DNA of 14,963 bases from Vescimonas sp. (GCA_045612165.1 JAZKYM010000094.1:1-14963); one strand, 5' to 3'; counted from the first letter of the stretch, positions 1 to 7,219 are shown. The notes: generated from the sequence alone by a model not told the origin. Numbers and translations: made by a program.

Positions 1-20
1 AAAGGGGCGGAGGGAGTGTT

Positions 21-533
21 TTATTGTTTTGACTTCTTTTGTTGAACGAGGGGGATCAGGTTAATTGCGCCCCAGAGGACAATGCCATAGACGATGATGC
101 CGAGGGAACGATTGGCTACATTTCGCTTGTGCATGAAATGAAGCATATCATCAAGAGACAACAAAGTTTCGTTTTCAGTCGCAAAACTGACAATTTCATT
201 ACTACCAGGGTAAAGCAGAAGCGAGATATTTGCGCGTTCGGGCAATGCAGCTACTCCGGAGCGCAGTTTGTCATGAGCTGTCCATTTGATGTAGTATTGC
301 TTGCTGTTTGTGCAGTTGATAAAAATGTATCGAAGACTGCTTCCGTGCCAATCCTCTTCGTAAGAGAGAAACTCGGTTTCGATAAAAGTGCAATCCTCTT
401 TTGCAATTTTCGCGTTCGGGTATGGTTTGTGAAGGATAAGAAAAGTACCCAAAACAGCGAAGAGGAGCAGAGCAGTAAGTTGCGATGCGGTGGACGGGGG
501 ATTTTTCTTCACTCCGTGGAGCTTAATAGCCAT
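21..533 (-). CDS. Hypothetical membrane protein (170 aa) with hydrophobic segments near both termini; lower G+C than neighbouring housekeeping genes
   Basis: The ORF is complete: ATG at 533, stop at 21-23. On the minus strand GGAGG lies 8 nt upstream of the ATG (aattGGAGGtgtctgtATG). The N-terminus (LTALLLFAVLGTFLIL) and C-terminus (LGIIVYGIVLWGAINLIPLV) are predicted TM helices. The antisense + ORF 39-593 has no comparable signals. Confidence 0.5.
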   Translation of the reverse strand: MAIKLHGVKKNPPSTASQLTALLLFAVLGTFLILHKPYPNAKIAKEDCTFIETEFLSYEEDWHGSSLRYIFINCTNSKQYYIKWTAHDKLRSGVAALPERANISLLLYPGSNEIVSFATENETLLSLDDMLHFMHKRNVANRSLGIIVYGIVLWGAINLIPLVQQKKSKQ

Positions 534-556
534 ACAGACACCTCCAATTTGAGCAA

Positions 557-586
557 ATTATATCACAAAATAGGTGTGTTTGTAAA
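557..586 (-). promoter_or_regulatory. Sigma70-like promoter for the 21-533 gene (-35 TTACAA, 17-bp spacer, extended -10 TGaTATAAT)
   Basis: The minus strand reads ...tTTACAAacacacctattttgTGaTATAATttgctcaaattGGAGGtgtctgtATG. The -10 lies at 557-562, TG at 563-565 and the -35 at 580-586. Confidence 0.45.
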
Positions 587-669
587 TAAGTGACGCAGCT
601 ACACTGTGATAGGCGAAGTCTGCATCACACAGGTCTTGTGCATCGCGTTTCGACAGGAAAGCAGCATTC

Positions 670-708
670 AAAAAGGCTCTTTTGTCTACTGGACAAAAGA
701 GCCTTTTT
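670..708 (-). terminator. Perfect bidirectional Rho-independent terminator directly downstream of tRNA-Gly
   Basis: A 12-bp perfect stem ggctcttttgtc (675-686) / gacaaaagagcc (692-703) with loop tactg is flanked by AAAAA (670-674) and TTTTT (704-708). It works as hairpin plus U-tract on either strand. Confidence 0.75.
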
Positions 709-710
709 CG

Positions 711-784
711 TGGAGCGGGGTACGGGAATCGAACCCGCCTATGCAGCTTGGGAAGCTGCCGTTCTACCGATGAACTAACCCCGC
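711..784 (-). tRNA. tRNA-Gly (anticodon CCC), 74 nt including encoded CCA
   Basis: The reverse complement reads GCGGGGT-TA-GTTCatcggtaGAAC-G-GCAGC-TTCCCAA-GCTGC-ATAG-GCGGGTTCGATTCCCGT-ACCCCGC-T-CCA. A clean cloverleaf results: 7-bp acceptor, D arm, anticodon loop TTCCCAA and T arm GGTTCGATTCC. Confidence 0.85.
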
Positions 785-802
785 AGATGCAGTTACTGTG
801 CC

Positions 803-831
803 ATTATAACAGCCGCGCTGTGGATTTGCAA
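803..831 (-). promoter_or_regulatory. Sigma70-like promoter for tRNA-Gly (-35 TTGCAA, 17-bp spacer, -10 TATAAT)
   Basis: The minus strand reads cgccTTGCAAatccacagcgcggctgtTATAATggcacagtaactgcatct-GCGGGG(tRNA). The -10 hexamer ends about 18 nt before the mature 5' end of the tRNA. Confidence 0.5.
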
Positions 832-907
832 GGCGAAAAATGTCGCCCCCGGCATGAATTGCCGCGTCGGCGCATAAGGTGAGAAAAATGCTGTGGAGGG
901 AACGCGG

Positions 908-2041
908 ATGAAGCGATGTATTGTTCTTGCGCTGCTCTTTTTGTGCCTGTGGCCGGCTTCGGCATGGGCGGTAGAGCTGGAGATCGAGGCGCCGGCGGCG
1001 CTTTTGATGGAAAAGACCACGGGGCAGATTCTGTACGCCCAAAACGAACATCAGAAGCTGGAGCCTGCCAGCGTCACCAAGGTGATGACGCTGCTTTTGA
1101 CCATGGAGGCCATTGAAAAAGGTGCTATCGGCTATGATGACGTGGTGACAGTCAGCGCCTACGCCGCCTCCATGGGCGGCAGCAACGTGTATCTGGCTGA
1201 GGGAGAGAAAATCACGGTGGAGGAGCTGCTGAAAGCGGTCTGTGTGGCGTCGGGCAACGATGCGGCGGTGGCGCTGGCTGAGCATGTGTCCGGTGTAACG
1301 GAGTTGTTTGTGGCAGAGATGAACAACCGCGCCAAAGAGCTGGGCATGAGGGACACCCACTTTGTCAACTGCCACGGCCTGCCGGCAGAGGGGCATGTAA
1401 CCAGTGCGGCGGACATCGCCATCATGAGCCGTGAACTGATTTTGAGCCATCCGGATTTGCGGCGCTTTACCACCATCTGGATGGACTCGCTGCGAGGGGG
1501 CGCCTTTGAGCTGGCCAACACCAACAAGCTGATCCGTTTTTATGAAGGGGCGACAGGACTGAAGACCGGCTCCACCAGCTCTGCCGGCTACTGCATCAGC
1601 GCCACCGCCGAGCGCGACGGCATGGAACTGATCGCTGTGGTGCTCAAGGGCGGCACATCGCAGCAGCGTTTCGAGGATGCCAAAACTATGCTCAACTACG
1701 GGTTTTCCACCTATGCGCTGCATGCGGTGGAACTTGCCGAGCCGCTGATGCCGCTGCCGGTGCACTTGGGTATGCAGGAGACGGTGGCGTTGATGCTGCC
1801 TGAGGCGGGACGGCAGGTGCTGGTAAAAAAGGCGCAGGTATCCGGCCTGACGCAGGAAGTGACGCTGCCGGAAGAGGTGGAGGCGCCGGTGGCACAGAGG
1901 CAGCAGCTGGGTACGCTGACCGTTCGTGATGGCGAGACAGTGGTGCTGGAGGTACCCGTTCAGGCAGCGGAAGCGGTGGAAAAGCTGACGTGGTGGGAGA
2001 TGTACCGCCGGATGCTGGGGGAGTTATGTTTTCGGGCGTAA
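908..2041 (+). CDS. Serine-type D-Ala-D-Ala carboxypeptidase (PBP5/6, peptidase S11 family) with N-terminal signal peptide
   Basis: The product carries the penicillin-binding motifs SVTK (SxxK), SGN (SxN) and KTGST (KTG). It has a signal peptide MKRCIVLALLFLCLWPASAWA and a C-terminal PBP5-type domain. GGAGGG precedes the ATG at 908; the ATG at 893 in the track lies upstream of the SD and is less likely. Confidence 0.85.
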   Translation: MKRCIVLALLFLCLWPASAWAVELEIEAPAALLMEKTTGQILYAQNEHQKLEPASVTKVMTLLLTMEAIEKGAIGYDDVVTVSAYAASMGGSNVYLAEGEKITVEELLKAVCVASGNDAAVALAEHVSGVTELFVAEMNNRAKELGMRDTHFVNCHGLPAEGHVTSAADIAIMSRELILSHPDLRRFTTIWMDSLRGGAFELANTNKLIRFYEGATGLKTGSTSSAGYCISATAERDGMELIAVVLKGGTSQQRFEDAKTMLNYGFSTYALHAVELAEPLMPLPVHLGMQETVALMLPEAGRQVLVKKAQVSGLTQEVTLPEEVEAPVAQRQQLGTLTVRDGETVVLEVPVQAAEAVEKLTWWEMYRRMLGELCFRA

Positions 2042-2071
2042 AAAGAGACGGCGTGAGCCGTCTCTTTTTTC
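2041..2071 (+). terminator. Rho-independent terminator of the carboxypeptidase gene
   Basis: Stem agagacggc / gccgtctct with a GTGA loop, followed by TTTTT(T) at 2066-2070, immediately after the stop codon. Confidence 0.8.
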
Positions 2072-2100
2072 TTGTAATTTGCGCTGCAGCGTTGTAAAAT
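2072..2100 (+). promoter_or_regulatory. Sigma70-like promoter for pgi (-35 TTGTAA, 17-bp spacer, -10 TAAAAT)
   Basis: cTTGTAAtttgcgctgcagcgttgTAAAATaat, then an AT-rich leader and AGGAGG 9 nt upstream of the ATG at 2148. Confidence 0.5.
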
Positions 2101-2147
2101 AATAAAATAAGGAAATATCACCAACTTTCATACAGGAGGAAATATAT

Positions 2148-3485
2148 ATGATTCAGGTCAATCTGACCAACATTCAGTCTTTTGTGACCCCTAATTATGA
2201 GGCAGAACTGGCTGAGCGTGTTCGTGACGCCCACGACAAGCTGCAGCTGGGCACCGGCGCCGGCAGTGACTTTATCGGCTGGGTGCGGCTGCCTGCCGAC
2301 TACGATAAAGAAGAATTTGCCCGTATCAAGGCTGCTGCCGAGAAGATCAAGAGCGACAGTAAGGCGTTGGTGGTGGTAGGCATCGGCGGCTCCTATCTGG
2401 GTGCCCGTGGTGTTATCGAGTGCCTGTGCTCTGCCAACTACAACCTGAAGAAGAAGGATACGCCCAACATCTACTTTGCCGGTAACGGTCTCTCTTCCGA
2501 TCAGCTGAGCGAAGTGGTGGAGCTGCTGGGTGACGACGACTTTTCCGTTAATGTCATCTCCAAGTCCGGCACTACCACCGAGCCTGCCGTGGCTTTCCGC
2601 TTTTTCCGCAAGCTGCTGGAGGACAAGTACGGCGAGGAAGAAGCTGCTCGCCGCATCTATGCCACCACTGACCGCGCTCGCGGCGCGCTGAAGACGCTGG
2701 CAGATGAGGCCGGCTATGAATCCTTCGTGGTGCCGGATGATGTGGGTGGCCGTTACAGTGTGCTGACCGCCGTGGGTCTGCTGCCCATCGCCGTGGCCGG
2801 TGTGGACATTGACGCGCTGATGGCCGGTGCTGCCGATATGATGGAAAGCTGTGCCAAGCCCGAACTGGAGACCAATCCTGCATGGCAGTACGGTGCTGCC
2901 CGTTACGAGCTGTACCGCACCGGCAAGAAGATCGAGATTCTGGCTGCCTATGAGCCTAATTTCCGATTCATGTGCGAGTGGTGGAAGCAGCTCTACGGTG
3001 AGAGCGAGGGAAAAGAGAACAAGGGTCTGTTCCCTGCCAGCGTGGAATTTACCGCAGACCTGCACTCCATGGGTCAGTACATTCAGGAGGGTGAGCGCCA
3101 CATCTTTGAGACGGTGGTGCGTCTGGGCAAATCCGCCACGACGAATTGCGTGCCCTTTGACAAGGTCAATGGCGATGGCCTGAACTTCCTGGCCGGTAAG
3201 GATATGGACTTCATCCGCCAGCAGGCCATGGACGGTACGCTGCTGGCCCATGTGGAGGGCGGTGTGCCCAACATCATCGTGGGTCTGGAAAAGCTGGATG
3301 CGTATTCTCTGGGCGAATTGATTTATTTCTTTGAGTATGCCTGCGGCATCAGCGGTTATCTGCTGGATGTGAATCCCTTTGATCAGCCCGGTGTGGAGGC
3401 CTATAAGAAGAACATGTTCGCGCTGTTGGGCAAGCCCGGCTATGAGGAGCTGCGCCGGGAACTGTTGGCCAAGCTGGATCAGTAA
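2148..3485 (+). CDS. pgi: Glucose-6-phosphate isomerase (445-aa Firmicutes-type PGI)
   Basis: The length, the overall sequence and the conserved [14 protein letters not shown] sis-domain motif are typical of bacillus/clostridial Pgi. A strong SD (acAGGAGGaaatatatATG) precedes the start. Confidence 0.9.
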   Translation: MIQVNLTNIQSFVTPNYEAELAERVRDAHDKLQLGTGAGSDFIGWVRLPADYDKEEFARIKAAAEKIKSDSKALVVVGIGGSYLGARGVIECLCSANYNLKKKDTPNIYFAGNGLSSDQLSEVVELLGDDDFSVNVISKSGTTTEPAVAFRFFRKLLEDKYGEEEAARRIYATTDRARGALKTLADEAGYESFVVPDDVGGRYSVLTAVGLLPIAVAGVDIDALMAGAADMMESCAKPELETNPAWQYGAARYELYRTGKKIEILAAYEPNFRFMCEWWKQLYGESEGKENKGLFPASVEFTADLHSMGQYIQEGERHIFETVVRLGKSATTNCVPFDKVNGDGLNFLAGKDMDFIRQQAMDGTLLAHVEGGVPNIIVGLEKLDAYSLGELIYFFEYACGISGYLLDVNPFDQPGVEAYKKNMFALLGKPGYEELRRELLAKLDQ

Positions 3486-3609
3486 CGATTGTTCGTTTCT
3501 ACAAAAAAAGAGTGTATAATTTCTCATTGCTATTTTCGCGACAATGTGGTATCGTATAGTTAAATATAGGAACCACTGGTTGCTGTATATTCTGAAGGAG
3601 TGATTTCTT

Positions 3610-4020
3610 ATGGTTAGATTGATTATGGGTGCCGCCGGTGCCGGCAAGACCAAGCAGCTGATCGACCTGATCCACGCCAGCGTGGAAGCCGAAAAGGGCA
3701 GTGTTGTATGCATTGAGCCCGGCGCAGATATGACTTATGACGTGAGCCACAGCGTGCGTCTGGTCAACGCCGGCGAGTATGATCTGGATTCTTTTGAGTG
3801 CCTGCGCGGCTTTGTCAGCGGTCTGTATGCAGGCAATTACGATATCTCTCATGTCTACGTGGACAATCTGTGCAAGATTACCCGTAACAACGACGTGCGT
3901 GAGACGGAGAAGTTCCTCAACTGGCTGGAGCGCTTCAGCGAGAAGAACATGGTGAAGTTCACCGTGACCCTCAGCGCTGATGTGGGTACCGCTACGGATG
4001 GTATGCGTCAGTTCATGTAA
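3610..4020 (+). CDS. Small P-loop (Walker-A-like GAAGAGKT) hypothetical protein, 136 aa
   Basis: AAGGAG lies 9 nt upstream of ATG 3610. The product starts MVRLIMGAAGAGKTKQLIDL... G+C resembles the backbone and a clean terminator follows. I cannot assign a family beyond the P-loop-like motif. Confidence 0.6.
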   Translation: MVRLIMGAAGAGKTKQLIDLIHASVEAEKGSVVCIEPGADMTYDVSHSVRLVNAGEYDLDSFECLRGFVSGLYAGNYDISHVYVDNLCKITRNNDVRETEKFLNWLERFSEKNMVKFTVTLSADVGTATDGMRQFM

Positions 4021-4028
4021 GTCCATAG

Positions 4029-4060
4029 AAGAGCCGCGATCACGGTCGCGGCTCTTTTTC
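4029..4060 (+). terminator. Rho-independent terminator
   Basis: A 10-bp perfect stem agagccgcga (4030-4039) / tcgcggctct (4046-4055) is followed by TTTT at 4056-4059. Confidence 0.75.
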
Positions 4061-4073
4061 GCTCATAAGCCTC

Positions 4074-4102
4074 TTGTGAAACAGGTGGCGGCGTGATACA
4101 AT
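4074..4102 (+). promoter_or_regulatory. Sigma70-like promoter upstream of the tRNA-Leu locus (-35 TTGTGA, 17-bp spacer, -10 TACAAT)
   Basis: cTTGTGAaacaggtggcggcgtgaTACAATaagcaagtgtctat-GCGGGTA... The -10 lies about 15 nt upstream of the tRNA-like 5' end at 4117. Confidence 0.5.
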
Positions 4103-4116
4103 AAGCAAGTGTCTAT

Positions 4117-4160
4117 GCGGGTATGGCGGAATTGGCAGACGCGCAGGATTTAGGTGCTGT
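4117..4160 (+). pseudogene. Truncated/degenerate tRNA-Leu-like 5' half (acceptor 5' strand, D arm, anticodon region TAG) lacking T arm and acceptor 3' strand
   Basis: GCGGGTA-TG-GCG-gaattggcaga-CGC-G-CAGGA-TTTAGG-TGCTG matches the tRNA-Leu 5' half up to the anticodon stem, which has one mismatch and a 6-nt loop. The downstream sequence ggtgaaggttttccggttccccttgatttcccg has no GGTTCGA-type T arm and no strand complementary to GCGGGTA. Confidence 0.4.
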
Positions 4161-4220
4161 CACCTTGGTGAAGGTTTTCCGGTTCCCCTTGATTTCCCGT
4201 AAAGGATCTTATAAAATAAA

Positions 4221-4250
4221 TAACAGCCGGAAATGCTCTCCGGCTGTTCA
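4221..4250 (-). other. GC-rich hairpin (aacagccgg/ccggctgtt) with a T-tract on the minus strand; terminator-like in minus orientation
   Basis: The stem aacagccgg (4221-4229) / ccggctgtt (4240-4248) has loop aaatgctctc. It is preceded on the plus strand by ataaaataaataa, which reads as a U-tract on the minus strand, and lies between the tRNA fragment and the intact tRNA-Leu. Confidence 0.3.
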
Positions 4251-4253
4251 TAT

Positions 4254-4336
4254 GCGGATGTGGCGAAACTGGTATACGCGATAGATTTAGGCTCTATTGG
4301 GCGACCGTGCAGGTTCGAGTCCTGTCATCCGCACCA
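4254..4336 (+). tRNA. tRNA-Leu (anticodon TAG), 83 nt, type-II long variable arm, encoded CCA
   Basis: GCGGATG-TG-GCG-aaactggtata-CGC-G-ATAGA-TTTAGGC-TCTAT-tgggcgaccgtgc-AGGTTCGAGTCCTG-TCATCCGC-A-CCA. The acceptor, anticodon and T stems all pair. Confidence 0.85.
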
Positions 4337-4337
4337 C

Positions 4338-4378
4338 AAAAACACCGGGTTTCTTTTTGGGAATCCGGTGTTTTTCTA
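4338..4378 (+). terminator. Rho-independent terminator after tRNA-Leu
   Basis: Stem aaaacaccgg (4339-4348) / ccggtgtttt (4365-4374) followed by a T-rich tttttct. Confidence 0.65.
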
Positions 4379-4464
4379 ACTTTTTATAAGATTTGTGAGC
4401 TTAGGAAACACTCTGTGCGCGAATTCATAAGTTTCGTTATGTTTTGTAATGTCACAAAATTATA

Positions 4465-4493
4465 TTGACACATAGCAAAACTTGTGATATGTT
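4465..4493 (+). promoter_or_regulatory. Strong sigma70-like promoter of the cassette operon (-35 TTGACA, 17-bp spacer, extended -10 TGaTATGTT)
   Basis: tataTTGACAcatagcaaaacttgTGaTATGTTaaatgcagatcatAGGAGGtgctgttATG. A perfect -35 and a TGn-extended -10 sit 27 nt upstream of the start of gene A. The inverted repeat TTTTGT-N6-ACAAAA at 4442-4459 lies just upstream. Confidence 0.55.
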
Positions 4494-4519
4494 AAATGCA
4501 GATCATAGGAGGTGCTGTT

Positions 4520-5272
4520 ATGGATTACGATAAAATTATCATTGACCTATTGAATCGCATTGTTACATTGGAAGAACGAGTGGCCAAGCTGGAAAGTGGA
4601 AGCACGAATGTGCCTCAGGAGAGCCCTGAGTTGCCTGCTGGAAGTAAAAAATATCGTTTCCTCTCTGATTATCTCTACGAAAGCAACCAAGCACGGGTCA
4701 AGCTGACCTATGTCGAAATTGAGAACATCCTGAAATTTAAGCTTCCGGATTCCGCGGCCACCCATCGTGCGTTTTGGGCAAACACAACCAGCCACTCCAT
4801 TGCGCTTAGTTGGCTCAGCGTAAATTACTCTGTTGTGGAAGTTAATCTTGAAAATAAGTACATTGTTTTTGAGAAAATGAGGGATTTTGATACGATGAAA
4901 ACGGGAAGAAAAACAGCTACAACCGAAGAAAAGTATCTGAGCGTTTGCAAAAATTATGACATGATGGCTCTTTATCAGAAGCTGAGAGCGGCATTGTTCG
5001 ATGCGTTTGAAGGTGCTGGTACTGGCGCAACTGCTGACTATATTAGTTGGAATGTAAATGGCAAACGGCAGTTTGCTAACTTCTATATTCAGAAAAAGAA
5101 GATCCGCATTTTGACACTCACTCCGAGAAACAGCCACAGCGTGGGAGAGACTGTGCCGGACACACATCTGTGGACGTTAAACTATCAAACAGATATTTCT
5201 ACGGATGCGGATATTGAAAAAGTAAAAGACATTCTGCTTGATTCTTACTCTCAAATTAAACTGTCTATTTAA
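4520..5272 (+). CDS. Hypothetical protein (250 aa) with N-terminal coiled-coil segment; no recognisable catalytic motif
   Basis: AGGAGG lies 7 nt upstream of ATG 4520; the 4496 start in the track would contain the SD inside the ORF. The product starts MDYDKIIIDLLNRIVTLEERVAKLESG..., with a conserved-looking block LPDSAATHRAFWANTTSHSIALSWL. This is the first gene of the low-G+C operon. Confidence 0.6.
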   Translation: MDYDKIIIDLLNRIVTLEERVAKLESGSTNVPQESPELPAGSKKYRFLSDYLYESNQARVKLTYVEIENILKFKLPDSAATHRAFWANTTSHSIALSWLSVNYSVVEVNLENKYIVFEKMRDFDTMKTGRKTATTEEKYLSVCKNYDMMALYQKLRAALFDAFEGAGTGATADYISWNVNGKRQFANFYIQKKKIRILTLTPRNSHSVGETVPDTHLWTLNYQTDISTDADIEKVKDILLDSYSQIKLSI

Positions 5273-5302
5273 GGTATTCATTTAGGGCTCGAGGTGCTCG
5301 CT

Positions 5303-5848
5303 ATGGCAAGAAAACGCATTACAAACAGACCCGGGTTGTTTGGCACCGTTTACCACTATGACGAGAATGGAAATCCCGTCGGAAAGAGTCGCCCTGGTTT
5401 GATTGAGGGAACCAGAGTGTATACCGACCAAGACGGTCGATACGCTGGAAAAAGCCGCCCGGGTTTTCTTGCAAAGGAAGTATTTGCGGATGCAGATCAC
5501 AATTATATTTCCTCCTATGAAGGCCTCTGCGGTGATGTTCACTTTCAAAATGGTGTACCTATAGGCCATACAAGACCGGGGTTCTTCGATTCGATATATA
5601 CCACTTTAGAAACAGAGGATGACCTTCCCGAAGAAGAGTATTGCGAGGAAGACTACTTTGAAGAAGAGTGGACAGAAGATCAAGAGAATTGTACTGGCAT
5701 CGCAGATGAAGCTGAATCCACAAATTGTGAGGAGCACCTTCCCCAAATTTCTCAGCATCCCGTGGTAAAGAATCTTCAACTGTTCGTACTATGCCTTGTG
5801 ATCTGTACGGTCATTGCCTGCGTTTATGCGATTATTCATTTGGATTAA
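5303..5848 (+). CDS. Small tail-anchored membrane protein (181 aa) with four YD-like repeats, an acidic linker and a C-terminal TM helix
   Basis: GAGG lies 8 nt upstream of ATG 5303; the track start at 5294 is a GTG upstream of the SD. Four tandem about 22-aa repeats occur: NRPGLFGTVYHYDENGNPVG, KSRPGLIEGTRVYTDQDGRYAG, KSRPGFLAKEVF...GVPIG and HTRPGFFDSIYT. Then follow an acidic stretch EEEYCEEDYFEEEWTEDQE and a C-terminal hydrophobic helix LFVLCLVICTVIACVYAII. Confidence 0.55.
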   Translation: MARKRITNRPGLFGTVYHYDENGNPVGKSRPGLIEGTRVYTDQDGRYAGKSRPGFLAKEVFADADHNYISSYEGLCGDVHFQNGVPIGHTRPGFFDSIYTTLETEDDLPEEEYCEEDYFEEEWTEDQENCTGIADEAESTNCEEHLPQISQHPVVKNLQLFVLCLVICTVIACVYAIIHLD

Positions 5849-5873
5849 TTTGAGATAGCAACTGTTCTTTTGC

Positions 5874-5897
5874 TATCATTCTATCGAACAAAAAGTT
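5874..5897 (+). other. Intra-operon hairpin (gatagcaa/ttgctatc) without a U-tract, between genes B and C
   Basis: An 8-bp perfect stem (5874-5881 / 5890-5897) with loop ctgttctt, followed by attctatcg rather than a T run. Confidence 0.3.
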
Positions 5898-5980
5898 TGC
5901 ATGTAGTTGGTTATATAAAAAGAACAGGTAGGAAGAAGAAATGTTGATTTTATTTAAATCAAGTTAGAAGGTGCTAATGT

Positions 5981-7147
5981 ATGAATAAATCTCAAAAGAT
6001 CGCACTGCTCAGAACACTAAGCAGTAACCGGGTATTGCGTACAGAATTATTTTATGACATTCTTGAAAAATGCGGAGATTTAAAGCTAAATTACACTGAT
6101 TATTCCTCCACACATCCCATTGATTGCGAAAAAGAAATGCTGCGGCTGCCTACCGCAGATTACGATATGTGTTGTGCGTTAGTCACTATGCTTCTTCGGG
6201 AGGATCATTTTTCTAACGGCAGTTTTGAGGAGCGCCAGCGTGCTGGTCAAGTAAAACCCATCATAGATAGAATGATTTTACTGTTAGAATATGAGAATAA
6301 CCCAGGAGGTCAAACTATGAAGAAAATCCTTCTCGAGGATTTGCTACATATCCCTGCAGAAATGGCAAGTGATGTAAAGGTCAAGTTCAACCAGCACGAT
6401 GGTGACAATGATCCTATGGAGCTGTATTTGCGTGAGCCGGAGATCGTGAATACACAATGGCTGTTTTGGCGCAACAAGCAGCGATATTTCTCCATTGGGC
6501 AAATTGCAATCTGCCTTTTGAAGCTTTCTAATGACACTTGGCTATTGACCACCATCAAGCGTGTTACCAAAGAATTGGGCGTGCTGGATGGCATCAATTA
6601 CGAAGGTGAAGAACTCGAAGAATACCGCCAGTATTACGGCCGCGTAATCATCAAGTACCACAAAACAGCACAAACCCAAGGTATGTACTACCCCACCGTG
6701 TGCAATGATTTGGAAGTGTTACAGCTGCTTCCTACCACATTTGATGGAGATGAATTTCCAGGCTATGATAATGTCAGATTGTCCTACATGCAACTAGCCT
6801 CCATTTTGGAGCGGAGAAAGCAAAGCTGGGTTGCTGCGCTTGAGAACCAAAAAGCAGTGTATTTAATTACTGATACATGCAATGGAAAATTGTATGTAGG
6901 GTCTGCTACCAGCGAGAAGGGTATGCTCTTGCAACGATGGAGCAACTATGTAGATAACGGACACGGCGGAAACAAAGAACTGCTCGCATTGGTGAAAGAA
7001 AAAGGGTTCGACTATGTGAAACAGTATTTTCAATACTCAATTTTGGAAAACTACAACGCAAAAATTGATGACCATGTTGTCCTGAAGCGAGAGTCCTGGT
7101 GGAAGGATGCCTTGCAAAGCAGGCGTTTTGGATATAATAGCAATTAA
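5981..7147 (+). CDS. Two-domain protein (388 aa): unknown N-terminal region plus C-terminal GIY-YIG nuclease domain
   Basis: The C-terminal about 100 aa, AVYLITDTCNGKLYVGSATSEKGMLLQRWSNYVDNGHGG...ESWWKDALQSRRFGYNSN, fits the GIY-YIG pattern (VYxI...GKxYVGSA...R...H/N...E...N). The SD aAGAAGGtg lies upstream of ATG 5981. An in-frame internal AGGAGG+7nt+ATG occurs at 6304-6319. Confidence 0.65.
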   Translation: MNKSQKIALLRTLSSNRVLRTELFYDILEKCGDLKLNYTDYSSTHPIDCEKEMLRLPTADYDMCCALVTMLLREDHFSNGSFEERQRAGQVKPIIDRMILLLEYENNPGGQTMKKILLEDLLHIPAEMASDVKVKFNQHDGDNDPMELYLREPEIVNTQWLFWRNKQRYFSIGQIAICLLKLSNDTWLLTTIKRVTKELGVLDGINYEGEELEEYRQYYGRVIIKYHKTAQTQGMYYPTVCNDLEVLQLLPTTFDGDEFPGYDNVRLSYMQLASILERRKQSWVAALENQKAVYLITDTCNGKLYVGSATSEKGMLLQRWSNYVDNGHGGNKELLALVKEKGFDYVKQYFQYSILENYNAKIDDHVVLKRESWWKDALQSRRFGYNSN

Positions 7148-7219
7148 ATGTTGCTGCATGTAAAATGACATCACAAGATAAGCGAAGATAACGAGTATCG
7201 TACGGAAGGAGTGTGAAAT

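Noticed and set aside
39-593. 184-aa plus-strand ORF overlapping the 21-533 minus gene
   Set aside because: The minus-strand frame has the promoter (extended -10), a GGAGG SD and TM-protein-like composition. The plus frame lacks an SD and would have to read through the minus-strand promoter region.
764-1765. 333-aa minus-strand ORF antisense to the carboxypeptidase gene. Similar long antisense ORFs occur at 2118-3713 (531 aa, antisense to pgi), 2572-2883, 2851-3183, 1159-1527 and 1692-1895.
   Set aside because: They are typical stop-codon-poor antisense frames of roughly 60% G+C coding DNA. Their products are low-complexity R/A/G/H/P-rich sequences with no SD, and the sense-strand genes have clear family assignments.
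4117-4205. First tRNA-like sequence considered as an intact tRNA-Leu
   Set aside because: No T arm (GGTTCGA-type) and no 3' strand complementary to the GCGGGTA acceptor follows. The anticodon stem has a mismatch and a 6-nt loop. It is called a truncated/degenerate fragment instead.
5981-6316. Treating the 5' 336 nt of the GIY-YIG gene as a separate upstream gene
   Set aside because: There is no stop codon between 5981 and the internal ATG at 6317, and the frame is continuous. It is kept as one ORF with a possible internal start rather than two genes.
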